Source: Pseudobdellovibrionaceae bacterium (lineage in GTDB: Bacteria; Bdellovibrionota; Bdellovibrionia; Bdellovibrionales; Bdellovibrionaceae). From it: a stretch of DNA of 64,000 bases. The translations under genes were made by a program, and so were the position numbers. Location of the stretch: the NCBI GenBank assembly GCA_039810425.1, contig JBDHWW010000014.1, forward strand, positions 1 through 64,000. Direction: 5' to 3'. Under the pieces are notes generated by a model. The model was not told the DNA's origin, did not search any database, and saw only the letters and a list, made by a program, of their open reading frames with translations. Positions within the stretch are counted from its first letter, which is position 1. The number at the start of each line of letters is the position of its first letter. Positions 19,394 to 30,114 of this stretch are shown in pieces.

Positions 19394-21319
19394 TTAGTTG
19401 ACGTCTTTATAATCCGCGTCGATCACATCATCGCCGCTTTTGTTAGCGCCTTCAGTCTCTGTTGAGCCGCCGCCTGCGCCGCCGCCACCAGATCCGTCGC
19501 CGCCCGGCTGGCCGCCTTGCTTTTTATAAAGCTCAGAGGACAGTTTGTGAGTCACCGCTTGCAACTTCTCGAACGCGGCTTTCAACTCAGTCGCGGGCGC
19601 GCCTTTGTTCTCGAGAACTTTGCGTGCTTCTGCGACCGCCTCATTAGCAGATTTCGCTTCCGTCTCCGGAAGTTGTGTCCCGGCATCTTTGATCATCTTC
19701 TCAGTTTGATAGATCAAGTTGTCCAGGTTGTTGTGAGCTTGAACGGCTTCGGCTTTTGCTTTATCCGCATCCGCTTGCAATTCCGCTTCCCGAACCGCCT
19801 TTTTAACTTCTTCTTCACTCAAGCCAGATTGCGCCGTGATCTTGATCTGCTGCTGCTTGCCGGAAGACATATCCTTCGCGGAAACGCTCAAGATACCGTT
19901 GGCATCCAGGTCAAAAGTCACTTCCACTTGAGGAACACCCCGTGGTGCCGGTGGAATACCAGTCAACTCGAAGCGACCCAAAGTTTTGTTATCCGCCGAC
20001 ATCTTACGTTCACCCTGCAAGACGTGGATGTCCACGGCTGGCTGGTTGTCGGCCGCAGTTGAGAACACCTGCGTTTTCTTTGTAGGAATCGCGGAGTTTC
20101 TTTCAATCAATGCTGTCATCACACCGCCCAAAGTTTCAATACCAAGGCTGAGCGGAGTTACGTCGAGCAACAAAACGTCTTTGACGTCACCGGCAAGGAC
20201 ACCACCCTGAACGGCGGCCCCGACCGCAACCACTTCGTCAGGGTTCACGGTGCGGTTTGGTTCTTTACCGAAAAAGTCTTTAACGGCTTTTTGGATTGCA
20301 GGAACACGGGTTGAACCACCGACGAGAACGACTTCGTCGATCTCTGAAGCTTTCAAGCCGGCGTCTTCCAAGGCTTTACGGCAAGGCTCCATAGAGCGCT
20401 TGACCAAGGCCTCCGTCATTTGCTCGAACTTGGCGCGAGACAATCTTGTTTGCAAGTGTTTAGGACCTGTTTGATCCGCAGTGATGAACGGAAGATTGAT
20501 TTCCGTATCCTGAGCGGAAGAAAGTTCGATCTTCGCTTTTTCGGCCGCTTCCTTCAAACGTTGCAAAGCCATTTTATCGTTTTTCAAATCAATGCCTTGG
20601 TCCTTTTTAAACTCCGTGATGAGCCATTCCAAGACCACTGTATCGAAGTTATCACCACCCAAATGAGTGTCCCCGTTCGTAGAACGCACTTCGACAACAC
20701 CGTCACCAACTTCGAGAATGGAGATATCGAAGGTACCACCACCAAAGTCATAGATGGCGATCTTTTCGTCTTTTTTCCTGTCCAAACCATAAGCAAGAGC
20801 TGCGGCGGTTGGCTCGTTGATGATACGCTTGATCTCAAGACCCGCAATGCGGCCGGCGTCTTTCGTCGCCTGTCTTTGAGAGTCATTAAAATAGGCGGGT
20901 ACGGTTACGACTGCTTCCGTCACGGGCTCGCCCAAATAGTCTTCAGCAACTTTTTTGAGTTTCGCTAAAACAGCTGCACCGATTTCTTCCGGAGAAACCT
21001 GCTTACCGTTTGTCAGCTTGAATACGCAGTCGTTGCCTTTTGCAACCACAGTGTACGGAACGAGTTTGATCTCTTCGCTGATTTCATCGAACCTGCGGCC
21101 GATGAAACGCTTTGCAGAGTAGATTGTATTTTCAGGATTCGTCACAGCCTGCCGTTTGGCGATTTGACCGACCAAGCGGTCACCGTCTTTTGTGTAAGCC
21201 ACAACCGAAGGAGTCGTGCGTGCGCCTTCCTCATTTACTAGAACTTTCGGTTCGCCACCTTCCATGATTGCCACGCAAGAGTTGGTCGTCCCTAAGTCAA
21301 TACCGATAATTTTTCCCAT
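19394..21319 (-). CDS. dnaK: Chaperone DnaK (Hsp70)
   Basis: [33 protein letters not shown] motifs and acidic C-terminus. Confidence 0.98.
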   Translation of the reverse strand: MGKIIGIDLGTTNSCVAIMEGGEPKVLVNEEGARTTPSVVAYTKDGDRLVGQIAKRQAVTNPENTIYSAKRFIGRRFDEISEEIKLVPYTVVAKGNDCVFKLTNGKQVSPEEIGAAVLAKLKKVAEDYLGEPVTEAVVTVPAYFNDSQRQATKDAGRIAGLEIKRIINEPTAAALAYGLDRKKDEKIAIYDFGGGTFDISILEVGDGVVEVRSTNGDTHLGGDNFDTVVLEWLITEFKKDQGIDLKNDKMALQRLKEAAEKAKIELSSAQDTEINLPFITADQTGPKHLQTRLSRAKFEQMTEALVKRSMEPCRKALEDAGLKASEIDEVVLVGGSTRVPAIQKAVKDFFGKEPNRTVNPDEVVAVGAAVQGGVLAGDVKDVLLLDVTPLSLGIETLGGVMTALIERNSAIPTKKTQVFSTAADNQPAVDIHVLQGERKMSADNKTLGRFELTGIPPAPRGVPQVEVTFDLDANGILSVSAKDMSSGKQQQIKITAQSGLSEEEVKKAVREAELQADADKAKAEAVQAHNNLDNLIYQTEKMIKDAGTQLPETEAKSANEAVAEARKVLENKGAPATELKAAFEKLQAVTHKLSSELYKKQGGQPGGDGSGGGGAGGGSTETEGANKSGDDVIDADYKDVN

Positions 21320-21370
21320 TGTTCACTCCTTAAAAACTAAACTTTCTGACACTTTAGCTGGACACCTTAA

Positions 21371-21398
21371 ACGTGAGTCGGCTCACACCGACGTCAAG
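21371..21398 (-). promoter_or_regulatory. Putative heat-shock (RpoH-like) promoter of dnaK
   Basis: CTTGAC-N14-ACTCACGT. Confidence 0.45.
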
Positions 21399-21416
21399 GT
21401 CGGAAAGGGCCCTTTT

Positions 21417-22526
21417 CTACTTTTTCTTCCCAAAAAAACTACCACCTTCGCCTTTGACTTGAACACCCTCTAATTTTGCCAAATCGCGTAAGAGTTTTTC
21501 TTCTTCTTTTGAGATTTTTTCCGGAAATTTGACCTCAAGCGTGCAATAGAGGTCGCCGCGGCGATGCCCTCTCAATGACGGCAGGCCTTGGCCTCCCGCC
21601 TTGAGGGTTTTGCCATTTGGCGTGCTCTTCGGGATGTCCAAAGTGATATCGTCGTCGAGACCTGCGACCGGCAATTCCGCTCCTAAAAGCAATTGGAGAT
21701 AGGAGACATTGACCGAGGTATGGAGATCGTCACCTTCGCGCTCAAAATGCGCGTGATCTTTTACACGAATCTCGACGTAGAGATCCCCGGCCGGGCCGCC
21801 GTTATAACCACCCTCCCCTTCGTTGCCGACGCGCAAACGTGTGCCGGTATCAACGCCTGGAGGAATATTGATGCGGATTTTGCGGTGTTCAGGAACACGG
21901 CCCTTTCCCTTGCAAGACTTGCAGGGGTTTTTGATCGTTGTTCCCTGGCCATGACAGGCTGGGCAGGTGGATGCGACGCTAAAGAAGCCTTGCTGACGGA
22001 TCACCTGGCCTTGACCATGGCAGGTGGGACAGGTCACCGGTGCTGAACCTTTTTCCGCGCCACTGCCTTTGCACTCGCCACAGGAAGTGTCGGTGTCAAA
22101 TTCAATGTCTTTTTCAAGGCCACGGAGAACATCTTTGAGGGTGATCTCGGTGACGTAACGGAGATCCGCCCCTCGGCGCGGCTCTGTGCGGGATCGCGGG
22201 CGGCGCTGCTGGTTTCCCCCGAAGAAATCGCCAAAGATATCGCCGAAGTTGGCAAAAATGTCTTCCATGTCCGGATGGCCGCCGCCACCCGTGCCACCGC
22301 GGAAAGCCGCATGGCCAAAGCGATCATACTGCGCCCGCTTTTGCGGGTCGCTCAGAATTTCATAGGCGCCCGCGCACTCCTTGAACTTTTCTTCGGCTTC
22401 TTGATCACCGGGATTTTTATCGGGGTGGAACTGCATGGCCAATTTGCGATAGGCTTTTTTAATCGTATCGCCGTCCGCATCGCGCGCAACGCCCAAGACC
22501 TCGTAGTAATCCCTTTGATTCGACAT
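21417..22526 (-). CDS. dnaJ: Chaperone DnaJ
   Basis: J-domain HPD, G/F-rich region, four CxxCxGxG repeats. Confidence 0.97.
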   Translation of the reverse strand: MSNQRDYYEVLGVARDADGDTIKKAYRKLAMQFHPDKNPGDQEAEEKFKECAGAYEILSDPQKRAQYDRFGHAAFRGGTGGGGHPDMEDIFANFGDIFGDFFGGNQQRRPRSRTEPRRGADLRYVTEITLKDVLRGLEKDIEFDTDTSCGECKGSGAEKGSAPVTCPTCHGQGQVIRQQGFFSVASTCPACHGQGTTIKNPCKSCKGKGRVPEHRKIRINIPPGVDTGTRLRVGNEGEGGYNGGPAGDLYVEIRVKDHAHFEREGDDLHTSVNVSYLQLLLGAELPVAGLDDDITLDIPKSTPNGKTLKAGGQGLPSLRGHRRGDLYCTLEVKFPEKISKEEEKLLRDLAKLEGVQVKGEGGSFFGKKK

Positions 22527-22562
22527 GTCATATCCCGTTTCAGATTTTTTCTAGTACAGGGA

Positions 22563-22590
22563 ATATGAAACATTTCCGGACAGTGTCAAG
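22563..22590 (-). promoter_or_regulatory. Putative heat-shock (RpoH-like) promoter of dnaJ
   Basis: CTTGAC-N14-TTTCATAT. Confidence 0.5.
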
Positions 22591-22608
22591 GGCGTTTCTC
22601 CATGCCAT

Positions 22609-23304
22609 CTATTGATAGACAGGATATTGAGGTGTGGAGTTTGCGCGAAGATCCTCTAACTTCTCTTGAAGACGTTTAATAAGAGTGGGATCAATTTCAA
22701 TTTTGATCATTTCCGCAAGAACCGCTTCCGCCGCCACTCTTTCTTTGGACTCGTTATAGAGTCCACCCGCCAACGAGAAAACCCACGGTGGCGCACCACT
22801 ACGCCCTGCACGGATGAAAAGATCTGCCGCTTTTTTCTTATTCTTCACCTCGTAAAGGTAGTGATAAGCTGCCCGGTAAAGAATAGGCCAATCGTTTGGA
22901 AACTGAATCACGGCCTTATCAAAGATTCTGGTCGCACCAGGTATATCCGAAACCATTACACTTAACGCCAGCGCCCCCGTGGCGTAAGGCATGCGGAATT
23001 TGGGCGACAACTCCGTGATGGCGTCAAGCATGCGAAAAAGCCAGCCCTTGCCCGAGCAAACATTTTTCGAAACTTGAACTTCGCAATAGTCAAAGTCTTG
23101 AATTGCACGAATCCAGAAGGCATCTGCAGTTAAATCCCGGTGTCCAAACGTAAAGTGTTCAATCCCCAACGGCGGAGAAAGAAGATCCCGTGGCCGATCC
23201 AACAAGCCTTTGGAGGCGTAAATCTGAGAGTAAATGACCAAAAGAAAAGAAAAAAACCCAAGCAAAACAAAGCTTGGGTTTTTTTGAAAAATACGACTAG
23301 GCAT
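22609..23304 (-). CDS. Membrane-anchored TPR-like protein, deltaproteobacterial PilG-like pilin partner
   Basis: N-terminal TM, ADxxWIRAIQ motif, TPR-like helices; 5 nt downstream of the pilin gene. Confidence 0.65.
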   Translation of the reverse strand: MPSRIFQKNPSFVLLGFFSFLLVIYSQIYASKGLLDRPRDLLSPPLGIEHFTFGHRDLTADAFWIRAIQDFDYCEVQVSKNVCSGKGWLFRMLDAITELSPKFRMPYATGALALSVMVSDIPGATRIFDKAVIQFPNDWPILYRAAYHYLYEVKNKKKAADLFIRAGRSGAPPWVFSLAGGLYNESKERVAAEAVLAEMIKIEIDPTLIKRLQEKLEDLRANSTPQYPVYQ

Positions 23305-23309
23305 TGTCC

Positions 23310-23885
23310 TTATAAAATCCCATTTCGTTCCTGGACAATATTTTTATCCTGATTGATAGACCATTGGTCCATCCCCGCCGCCGCGTTATGAACCACAGCC
23401 CCCGCACCCGCAGTGAATGACGGTTTTAACAGAGCCGTAGTACCAGGCAAATTCGCTGCCGTAGCCGCTACGCCGTCAGAACCTTCCAAGATCATGCAAC
23501 CATTTGCCATAGCCGCCGTCGTGGTGCAGTAAGTAAGAGTTTCTGTGGCAGCCTGGACACCGGCCAATGCCGTCGCTGGGTTGTAACCGTTGCTGCCGTC
23601 AGCAGGAGTACCGGCCGCCGCAAAACCAACTACATAACGAAGCTTACCTTCCGGCGAGTAACCAATAGCACCAAATGCTGAGTGATATGCCGAATACTCC
23701 GCAAAGAATGCCTTTTCAGCAGTGTACAGAGACGACAACTGAGTTTTTGCCTCAGATTGGCGCGCTTTCGCCATGTATTTACCGATTGACGGGATTGCCA
23801 AAGATGCCAAGATACCGATGATCGCAACGACGACCATGAGTTCTACAAGCGAGAAACCCGCTTGGTTTTTGCTAACGTTCTTCAT
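23310..23885 (-). CDS. pilA: Type IV major pilin
   Basis: Class III signal NQAG|FSLVELMVVVAIIGILASLAIP; KARQSEAK. Confidence 0.9.
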   Translation of the reverse strand: MKNVSKNQAGFSLVELMVVVAIIGILASLAIPSIGKYMAKARQSEAKTQLSSLYTAEKAFFAEYSAYHSAFGAIGYSPEGKLRYVVGFAAAGTPADGSNGYNPATALAGVQAATETLTYCTTTAAMANGCMILEGSDGVAATAANLPGTTALLKPSFTAGAGAVVHNAAAGMDQWSINQDKNIVQERNGIL

Positions 23886-24147
23886 ATGACCTCCAAATGG
23901 TTCTGTTATATTTCGTATTTTATAGACCCATACTCGTCGGCAGTTATTAAGAATTTGTTAAACGCTAAATATGGGTCACTTTAAAATGGTGCCAAAAAGA
24001 CTTTACCAAAGCAAGATTGCTTCTCAAAACAAGACATTCATTTTATAATAATCCTAAGATTGTTGAGTTTGTCCCCCTGGACTTTAGACCCTGGGGGCAC
24101 CCCACGATCCAAGGGAAAGCTTGAGTAAAACGACTAAGGGGCCGACG

Positions 24148-24507
24148 ATGCAAAACAAACCAGTGGGGAATGGAACTCTTGTCAGCGATAACAGCCCGAA
24201 ACCCTACGTCTCTACCGACGGCGAAACCTCGATTCAAACAGTCCCGCGTGTCGAGACTCCGAAATTGTACAAAGTGCTTTTACTGAATGATGATTATACG
24301 CCGATGGATTTTGTGGTCCTCGTTCTACGCCGCTTTTTTGGTAAAACCGAAGAAGAGGCGAACAAGATCATGCTGGACGTCCACAAAAAAGGTTCTGGAA
24401 TCGCCGGAGTCTTCACTCTGGAAGTCGCCGAGATGAAAGTGATGCAAGTGAATCAGTATTCGCAAATGAACGAACATCCATTAAAAAGTACGCTAGAGGA
24501 GGAGTGA
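24148..24507 (+). CDS. clpS: Clp protease adaptor ClpS
   Basis: YKVLLLNDDYTPMDFVV, IMLDVHKKG, EVAEMKV and HPL motifs. Confidence 0.95.
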   Translation: MQNKPVGNGTLVSDNSPKPYVSTDGETSIQTVPRVETPKLYKVLLLNDDYTPMDFVVLVLRRFFGKTEEEANKIMLDVHKKGSGIAGVFTLEVAEMKVMQVNQYSQMNEHPLKSTLEEE

Positions 24508-24510
24508 TTT

Positions 24511-26841
24511 ATGATGACACGAGAACTTGAACGTCGCCTCTCAGTCGCCACCGAGATTGCCAAGCAGGCCTATCAGGAGTTTGTCACTCTGGAACACATC
24601 CTGCTCGCTCTCACCGAATCCCCTTTCATGGTCGAAATTCTGCAAGCCTGTGGAGTGAACGTCCAGAAGCTCAAAGCGGATCTCAAAACCCACCTTAAAA
24701 AAACCGTTCCACGCATTACCCAGGAACAACTCGACTCCTATGGTGGCTATGACAGCTGGAACCCCGAATTCACCCTTGCTTGCCACCGCCTGATCCAACG
24801 GGCGGCCATCCAAGTTAAAAGCTCGGGTCGAAATCAAATCAATGAGGGGAGCTTGCTCGTCGCACTCTTCTATGAGCAGGATTCCCATGCCGTTTTTGCT
24901 TTGACCCAACAAGGTCTCAGTCAATTCGATGTGATCAATTATCTCTCTCACGGAGTCGCCAAAGACGTCAGCGGGACTGACGAAGAAAACTCTTCAACGC
25001 CAGCTCCACGCCTGGACATCGACGGCCAGCCGATGGATGAAAGCAAGAGCTCGCCGCTCGAAAGCTTCTGCACGAATTTGAATGAAAAGGCGAAGAAAGG
25101 CAAAATCGACCCGCTCGTTGGTCGCGAAGATGTGATCGAGCGCTGCGTACAGATCCTTTCCCGCCGCACGAAGAACAATCCACTCCTGATTGGCGAGCCA
25201 GGCGTCGGCAAGACCGCGATTGCCGAAGGCCTTGCTGCGAAAATCGTTCAAGGCGAAGTGCCGGAGAAATTAAAAACCGCGATCATTTATTCTCTCGACA
25301 TCGGCACCCTGCTCGCCGGGACGAAGTTCCGCGGCGACTTCGAAGGACGTTTAAAAGCGGTTATCAAAGAAATCGAAAAGCAGCCCAATGCCATTCTCTT
25401 TATCGACGAGATTCACAACATCGTCGGAGCCGGCGCGACCAGCGGTGGATCGCTCGATGCTTCGAATCTTTTAAAGCCGGCGCTTGCAAGTGGCGACATC
25501 AGTTGTATCGGCTCGACCACTCATAGTGAATACCGCCAGTACTTCGAAAAGGACCGCGCCCTCAACCGCCGTTTCCAACGAATTGATGTCAACGAACCGA
25601 CACCTTCAGACTGCGTGGCGATCCTAAAAGGCCTGCGCAAATCCTACGAGGAATTCCACAACGTGGTTTTCACCGACGAAGCGCTCAAAGCCGCCGTGGA
25701 CCTTTCGATTAAGCATATTCACGGGAAGCTGCTGCCGGATAAAGCCATCGACGTGATGGATGAAGCCGGGGCTTACTTCCGCCTGCGCCACTTGGGTGAA
25801 GACAAGGTTGTCATCGGTATCCCCGAGGTCGAAGAAGTGATCGCGAAAATGACCGGTCTTCCGATTGCAAGCATCTCATCCAACGAGAAAATGCAACTGC
25901 GCGATTTGGACAAAAAACTCAAGGCGCTCATTTACGGCCAAGACGAGGCCATCGATCGCCTTGTGACCAGTATTAAACTGTCACGCAGCGGCCTGGCCCG
26001 TCCCAACAAACCCATCGGCAGTTACCTCTTCACAGGTCCCACCGGCGTGGGCAAGACCGAAGTTTGTAAACAGCTCGCCGCCATTCTTGGCATCCACTTC
26101 CACCGCTTCGATATGAGTGAGTACATGGAGAAACATGCTGTCGCCCGTCTGGTCGGCGCGCCTCCGGGATACGTGGGCTATGAAGAAGGCGGTTTGTTGA
26201 CGGAAGCCGTGAATAAGCATCCTTACTCTGTTTTGCTGCTGGATGAGTTGGAAAAGGCGCATCCGGATATTACCAATGCGCTCTTGCAAGTCATGGACGC
26301 GGGTCGCATGACGGACTCCCATGGCCGGGTTGCTGACTTTAAGAACGTGATTCTCGTCATGACGAGCAATGCCGGCGCATTGGAAGTCGCTCGCGGGTCG
26401 ATTGGTATCGTGGAAGACAGCCGCAGCTCCCAAAGCATGGAAGCCATCAAGAAAGCATTCTCGCCGGAGTTTATCAACCGTCTGGATGCCGTTGTGAGCT
26501 TCCGTGACTTGTCAGAGGACATCATTCTCAAAGTTGTTGGTAAGTTTGTTGATGAACTGAAGATGACTTTGGCCGAGAAGAAAGTCGACCTGCAAACAAC
26601 TCCAGAAGTTTTGAAGTGGCTCATGAAGAAAGGCTATGACAAAGTTTATGGGGCCCGCCCTCTGGCCCGGACCGTGGATGAGCACCTCAAGAAACCTCTT
26701 GTCGATGAGTTGCTATTTGGCCGGTTGGTCGATGGCGGCCGCGTTGGTGTTGAAGTGGAAAACAGCGTATTGCGGTTCCAATTTAGCACCACCCAGAGCG
26801 GCAATAGCTCCAAAAGGTCGAAAGAGACCGTCACGACTTGA
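24511..26841 (+). CDS. clpA: ATP-dependent Clp protease ATPase subunit ClpA
   Basis: Two AAA+ modules ([16 protein letters not shown]), [18 protein letters not shown]; follows clpS. Confidence 0.95.
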   Translation: MMTRELERRLSVATEIAKQAYQEFVTLEHILLALTESPFMVEILQACGVNVQKLKADLKTHLKKTVPRITQEQLDSYGGYDSWNPEFTLACHRLIQRAAIQVKSSGRNQINEGSLLVALFYEQDSHAVFALTQQGLSQFDVINYLSHGVAKDVSGTDEENSSTPAPRLDIDGQPMDESKSSPLESFCTNLNEKAKKGKIDPLVGREDVIERCVQILSRRTKNNPLLIGEPGVGKTAIAEGLAAKIVQGEVPEKLKTAIIYSLDIGTLLAGTKFRGDFEGRLKAVIKEIEKQPNAILFIDEIHNIVGAGATSGGSLDASNLLKPALASGDISCIGSTTHSEYRQYFEKDRALNRRFQRIDVNEPTPSDCVAILKGLRKSYEEFHNVVFTDEALKAAVDLSIKHIHGKLLPDKAIDVMDEAGAYFRLRHLGEDKVVIGIPEVEEVIAKMTGLPIASISSNEKMQLRDLDKKLKALIYGQDEAIDRLVTSIKLSRSGLARPNKPIGSYLFTGPTGVGKTEVCKQLAAILGIHFHRFDMSEYMEKHAVARLVGAPPGYVGYEEGGLLTEAVNKHPYSVLLLDELEKAHPDITNALLQVMDAGRMTDSHGRVADFKNVILVMTSNAGALEVARGSIGIVEDSRSSQSMEAIKKAFSPEFINRLDAVVSFRDLSEDIILKVVGKFVDELKMTLAEKKVDLQTTPEVLKWLMKKGYDKVYGARPLARTVDEHLKKPLVDELLFGRLVDGGRVGVEVENSVLRFQFSTTQSGNSSKRSKETVTT

Positions 26842-26864
26842 CATAATTTAGAGAGATGCCAAAT
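26837..26864 (+). promoter_or_regulatory. Putative heat-shock (RpoH-like) or sigma70 promoter of htpX
   Basis: CTTGAC-N14-TGCCAAAT overlapping the clpA stop. Confidence 0.45.
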
Positions 26865-26939
26865 TAACCTGAGGGGTGGACGTGGCGCGCGCGCTGCGCG
26901 ACTGAGATTCAGTGGTTCCCCCCCAAAGGAGTTTGCAAC

Positions 26940-27839
26940 ATGCAATTTTTTAAACGTTTCGGCTATTTCATCCTGACCAACGTTCTGGTGATGGTCACCA
27001 TCGGTATCGCGTGGTCTATTATCAGTCATTTCCTCGGACTCGCGGGATTTAATCAATATCTTCCCACCATGCTGGCGTTCTGCCTGGTTTGGGGTATGGG
27101 CGGTGCCTTCATTTCTTTGTTGATATCTAAGTTCGCCGCAAAATCTTTCCACGGCGTTCAAGTGATTGATCCGAACACCAATCAACCTGAGCTTCGCGCC
27201 CTGGTTGAAAAAGTTCACGAACTCGCTCGCCGCGCAAAACTTCCTAAGATGCCGGACGTGGGCGTTTACGAATCCTATGATGTGAATGCCTTTGCCACCG
27301 GCCCCAGTAAGAGCAACTCACTCGTCGCGGTCTCGACCGGCCTTCTTCAGCGCATGAATGACAAAGAAGTCGAAGGGGTCCTCGGCCACGAAGTTTCTCA
27401 CATCGCCAACGGCGACATGGTGACGATGACTTTGATTCAAGGCGTGGTGAATGCGTTTGCGATGTTCTTCTCGCGCATTTTAGCAAATGTTCTTGCCAGC
27501 AACGTCGATGAAAAATTCCGCGGCATTGTTTACTTTGCCTGTACGATCCTCGGCGATATCGCCTTCACCTTGCTCGGCTCCATCGTCGTGAACTTCTACT
27601 CGCGTAAACGTGAGTACCGGGCCGACGCGGGCAGCGCCAAGATCTCGTCTTCGGGAAATATGATCGCGGCCTTGCAGCGCCTCCAAAGCCTGCATGAAGC
27701 CCCTCCTTCAACCGATGACGTTTACGCGAGTTTGAAAATCTCAGGCCGCGAGAAAAAAGGCAGCCTCGCGGACTTGTTCATGACTCACCCTGCGCTTCAA
27801 GACCGTATCAATGCTCTGGAGAGAGGTCGCGTGGGCTAA
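26940..27839 (+). CDS. htpX: Membrane zinc protease HtpX
   Basis: NAFATG, VAVSTGLL, HEVSH.ANGDMVT, SRKREYRAD and THP motifs. Confidence 0.95.
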   Translation: MQFFKRFGYFILTNVLVMVTIGIAWSIISHFLGLAGFNQYLPTMLAFCLVWGMGGAFISLLISKFAAKSFHGVQVIDPNTNQPELRALVEKVHELARRAKLPKMPDVGVYESYDVNAFATGPSKSNSLVAVSTGLLQRMNDKEVEGVLGHEVSHIANGDMVTMTLIQGVVNAFAMFFSRILANVLASNVDEKFRGIVYFACTILGDIAFTLLGSIVVNFYSRKREYRADAGSAKISSSGNMIAALQRLQSLHEAPPSTDDVYASLKISGREKKGSLADLFMTHPALQDRINALERGRVG

Positions 27840-30004
27840 TGCGTAAGTCCCTCTCTTCCGCCATTTTTGCGACTGCTTTTTTGGGGTGCACTACAACGTC
27901 AGTAAAAGACACGAAGGTCCCCCCTTCTTCTATGCCTCCGGGTTATGACTTCATCGTGCAAAACCGTGATCATAGCCAAAAAGAACTCGAGGCTCTCAAG
28001 ACCAGCGACGACAATCAAGCCTGGTGGAAAAAGTACCGCCTGGGGCTTTTAACCCTGGAGAAAAATCCGGAGCTTTCTTGCCCCCAGTTTACGGCTCTTT
28101 CCAAAGAAGCCCACTTCCCGCTTCGTGATTTGGCACTACTCCGCGCCCATCAAACCTGCGCCGACACCAAAGACCTTGCGAAGTTGGATCCGGAGCTTTA
28201 CAAGAGCAACTACAAATGGAGCCAAGACGTCCTTGCCGACGTAAATTTGAAGCAAGCCCGCAAAACGGACGACAAGCTGGATGACCTCGAGGCCCTCAAA
28301 GAAAGCGCGCGCCAAGAGGTGATTGCCAAAAAGAAAGAGCAATACCTTCTTGATGCCCTCAAAATCGCCCAAGAATTAAAAGCCGAAGAGGAAATCAAAA
28401 CCGTTCAAGCTCAGCTCTATAAATCTTCGCCGCGTTTAAAGCCGGATCTGACTTTCAAAGAACTTCCGGCGGCCGCGATGGACTATCGCCAGCGTCGTGA
28501 GTTTGAAAAGGCCCTTGCAATTTATCGCAAGATCTTGAAAGACCCGCGAGCCTCGACGGAGGACAGGTTCCAAGCGCTTAAAAATATCCGCATGACTTAT
28601 AAGGTCGCGCAAAATAAAAATGCTTACATCGATGCGACCACTCAACTGGTGAACGCGGCGAAAGCGGGGTTTAAAGGAAATAAAAAAGATCCGCAAAACA
28701 TCAAGCGCCTGCATGAAAGTTATGTCCTGCTGGCACGCACGCTGTGGACTGAAGACCGTGTGAGTTTGGCCCTTAAGTACCTCACGGAAGCCCAACGACA
28801 ACTCAAAGGCCAGCACTCGCTGGACGAGATCTACTTTGTTCTCGGCCGCATGGCGGAGGAAAAAGGCGATCTGCAAAAAGCGGCCGACTACTACGAAGCC
28901 AGCCTGAAAGAACCGCTCGCTAGCTCAAGCATCCGTGAACGTGTTCAATGGCTGCACCCGTGGGTGCTCTACAAAATGAAACAATACGATGAAGCCGCCA
29001 AGAAGCTCCAAGAGTGCGCAAAGAAAGCCAGGGACAACTCTGACAAAACCCGCAGCATGTTCTGGGCGGCCCGGGCACTGAAAAACTCCAATAAGCCCGA
29101 CGAGGCAACGGCCCTCTTGCAGCAACTCGTGAAAGACGACCAAATCGGTTACTACGGCATGCTCGCCGTGCGTGAACTCGGCCAGACCTACAATCCGATG
29201 AAGAGCAACGAGAAGGACTTTTTCTACTCGCTCACAAGCTTGAAAGAATTGAACCCGCTGTCCGCCATGCAAGCTGAGTGGCTGATGGCGGTCGGTGAAA
29301 ACACCTTCTCAGAAAAAGTGATCGATCAGTTGGCGCAAGACCTTCGCCAAAAAGGCCGCGTGGATGAAGATACTTGGCTCGTGGTTCTAACAAGCTACGC
29401 ACGCGCAAATTTGTACTTACCGCTCTTTGCCGCCTACAACGGCCTTCCCAGCGAAGTAAAAGAAAAGATGATTCAGAAACATCCGGAGCTTCTTTTTCCG
29501 CGCAACTACAAAGACATCATCCAACAAGCCGCCGGGACAGAGCAAATCGCGCCGGAGTTTGTGTTCTCGATCATCCGCCAAGAATCCGCATTCAACCCGC
29601 GGGCCCGCAGCCCCGTGGATGCCTTCGGTTTGATGCAACTTTTGCCGAGCCTTGGAAAAGAACTCAGCAAAAACGCGAAGGTCTCTTACAAAGAGCCGGA
29701 TGACCTGTTTGATCCCGAAGTGAACGTCCCCCTTGGGGCACGCGAGCTTAAGAATTTACTGGCAAAGTATGACCAACAATACATCCTTGCGGTGTCCGCT
29801 TACAATGCCAGCGGCAGCGCGATCCGCGGTTGGCTGAAGACCCGTTTCCGTGACGACTCCCTCGAGTTTATCGAAGAGGTCCCGTACGATGAGACCCGCG
29901 CCTATATTAAGCTCGTGATGCGCAATTTCGTGTTCTATAAGCGTCTAGGCCAGAGTGCACCGGTGCCATTCCCGGAAGAGTGGCTCAAGCTCGTCAAGAT
30001 CTAG
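27839..30004 (+). CDS. Lipoprotein soluble lytic murein transglycosylase (TPR + SLT domain)
   Basis: Lipobox FLG-C; TPRs; IIRQESAF, GLMQL, AYNA and ETRAYIK motifs. Confidence 0.9.
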   Translation: MRKSLSSAIFATAFLGCTTTSVKDTKVPPSSMPPGYDFIVQNRDHSQKELEALKTSDDNQAWWKKYRLGLLTLEKNPELSCPQFTALSKEAHFPLRDLALLRAHQTCADTKDLAKLDPELYKSNYKWSQDVLADVNLKQARKTDDKLDDLEALKESARQEVIAKKKEQYLLDALKIAQELKAEEEIKTVQAQLYKSSPRLKPDLTFKELPAAAMDYRQRREFEKALAIYRKILKDPRASTEDRFQALKNIRMTYKVAQNKNAYIDATTQLVNAAKAGFKGNKKDPQNIKRLHESYVLLARTLWTEDRVSLALKYLTEAQRQLKGQHSLDEIYFVLGRMAEEKGDLQKAADYYEASLKEPLASSSIRERVQWLHPWVLYKMKQYDEAAKKLQECAKKARDNSDKTRSMFWAARALKNSNKPDEATALLQQLVKDDQIGYYGMLAVRELGQTYNPMKSNEKDFFYSLTSLKELNPLSAMQAEWLMAVGENTFSEKVIDQLAQDLRQKGRVDEDTWLVVLTSYARANLYLPLFAAYNGLPSEVKEKMIQKHPELLFPRNYKDIIQQAAGTEQIAPEFVFSIIRQESAFNPRARSPVDAFGLMQLLPSLGKELSKNAKVSYKEPDDLFDPEVNVPLGARELKNLLAKYDQQYILAVSAYNASGSAIRGWLKTRFRDDSLEFIEEVPYDETRAYIKLVMRNFVFYKRLGQSAPVPFPEEWLKLVKI

Positions 30005-30065
30005 ACCAAAGCAACAGCGGCACCGGGAATCGGTGTCTCAATTTGAGAAGAAAAGCCAAGAAAGT

Positions 30066-30092
30066 TTAAGAGCGTCCTCGGAAATCCGATAC
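30066..30092 (+). promoter_or_regulatory. Putative sigma28-type promoter of the S8 protease
   Basis: TTAAG-N14-TCCGATAC. Confidence 0.6.
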
Positions 30093-30114
30093 TAAATGAG
30101 GTGGAGGAAACCTC

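Noticed and set aside
21352..21386. CIRCE-like element upstream of dnaK
   Set aside because: Does not match TTAGCACTC-N9-GAGTGCTAA in sequence or spacing
23978..23995. TGGCAC upstream of pilA as a sigma54 promoter
   Set aside because: The -12 position reads TAAA rather than TTGC
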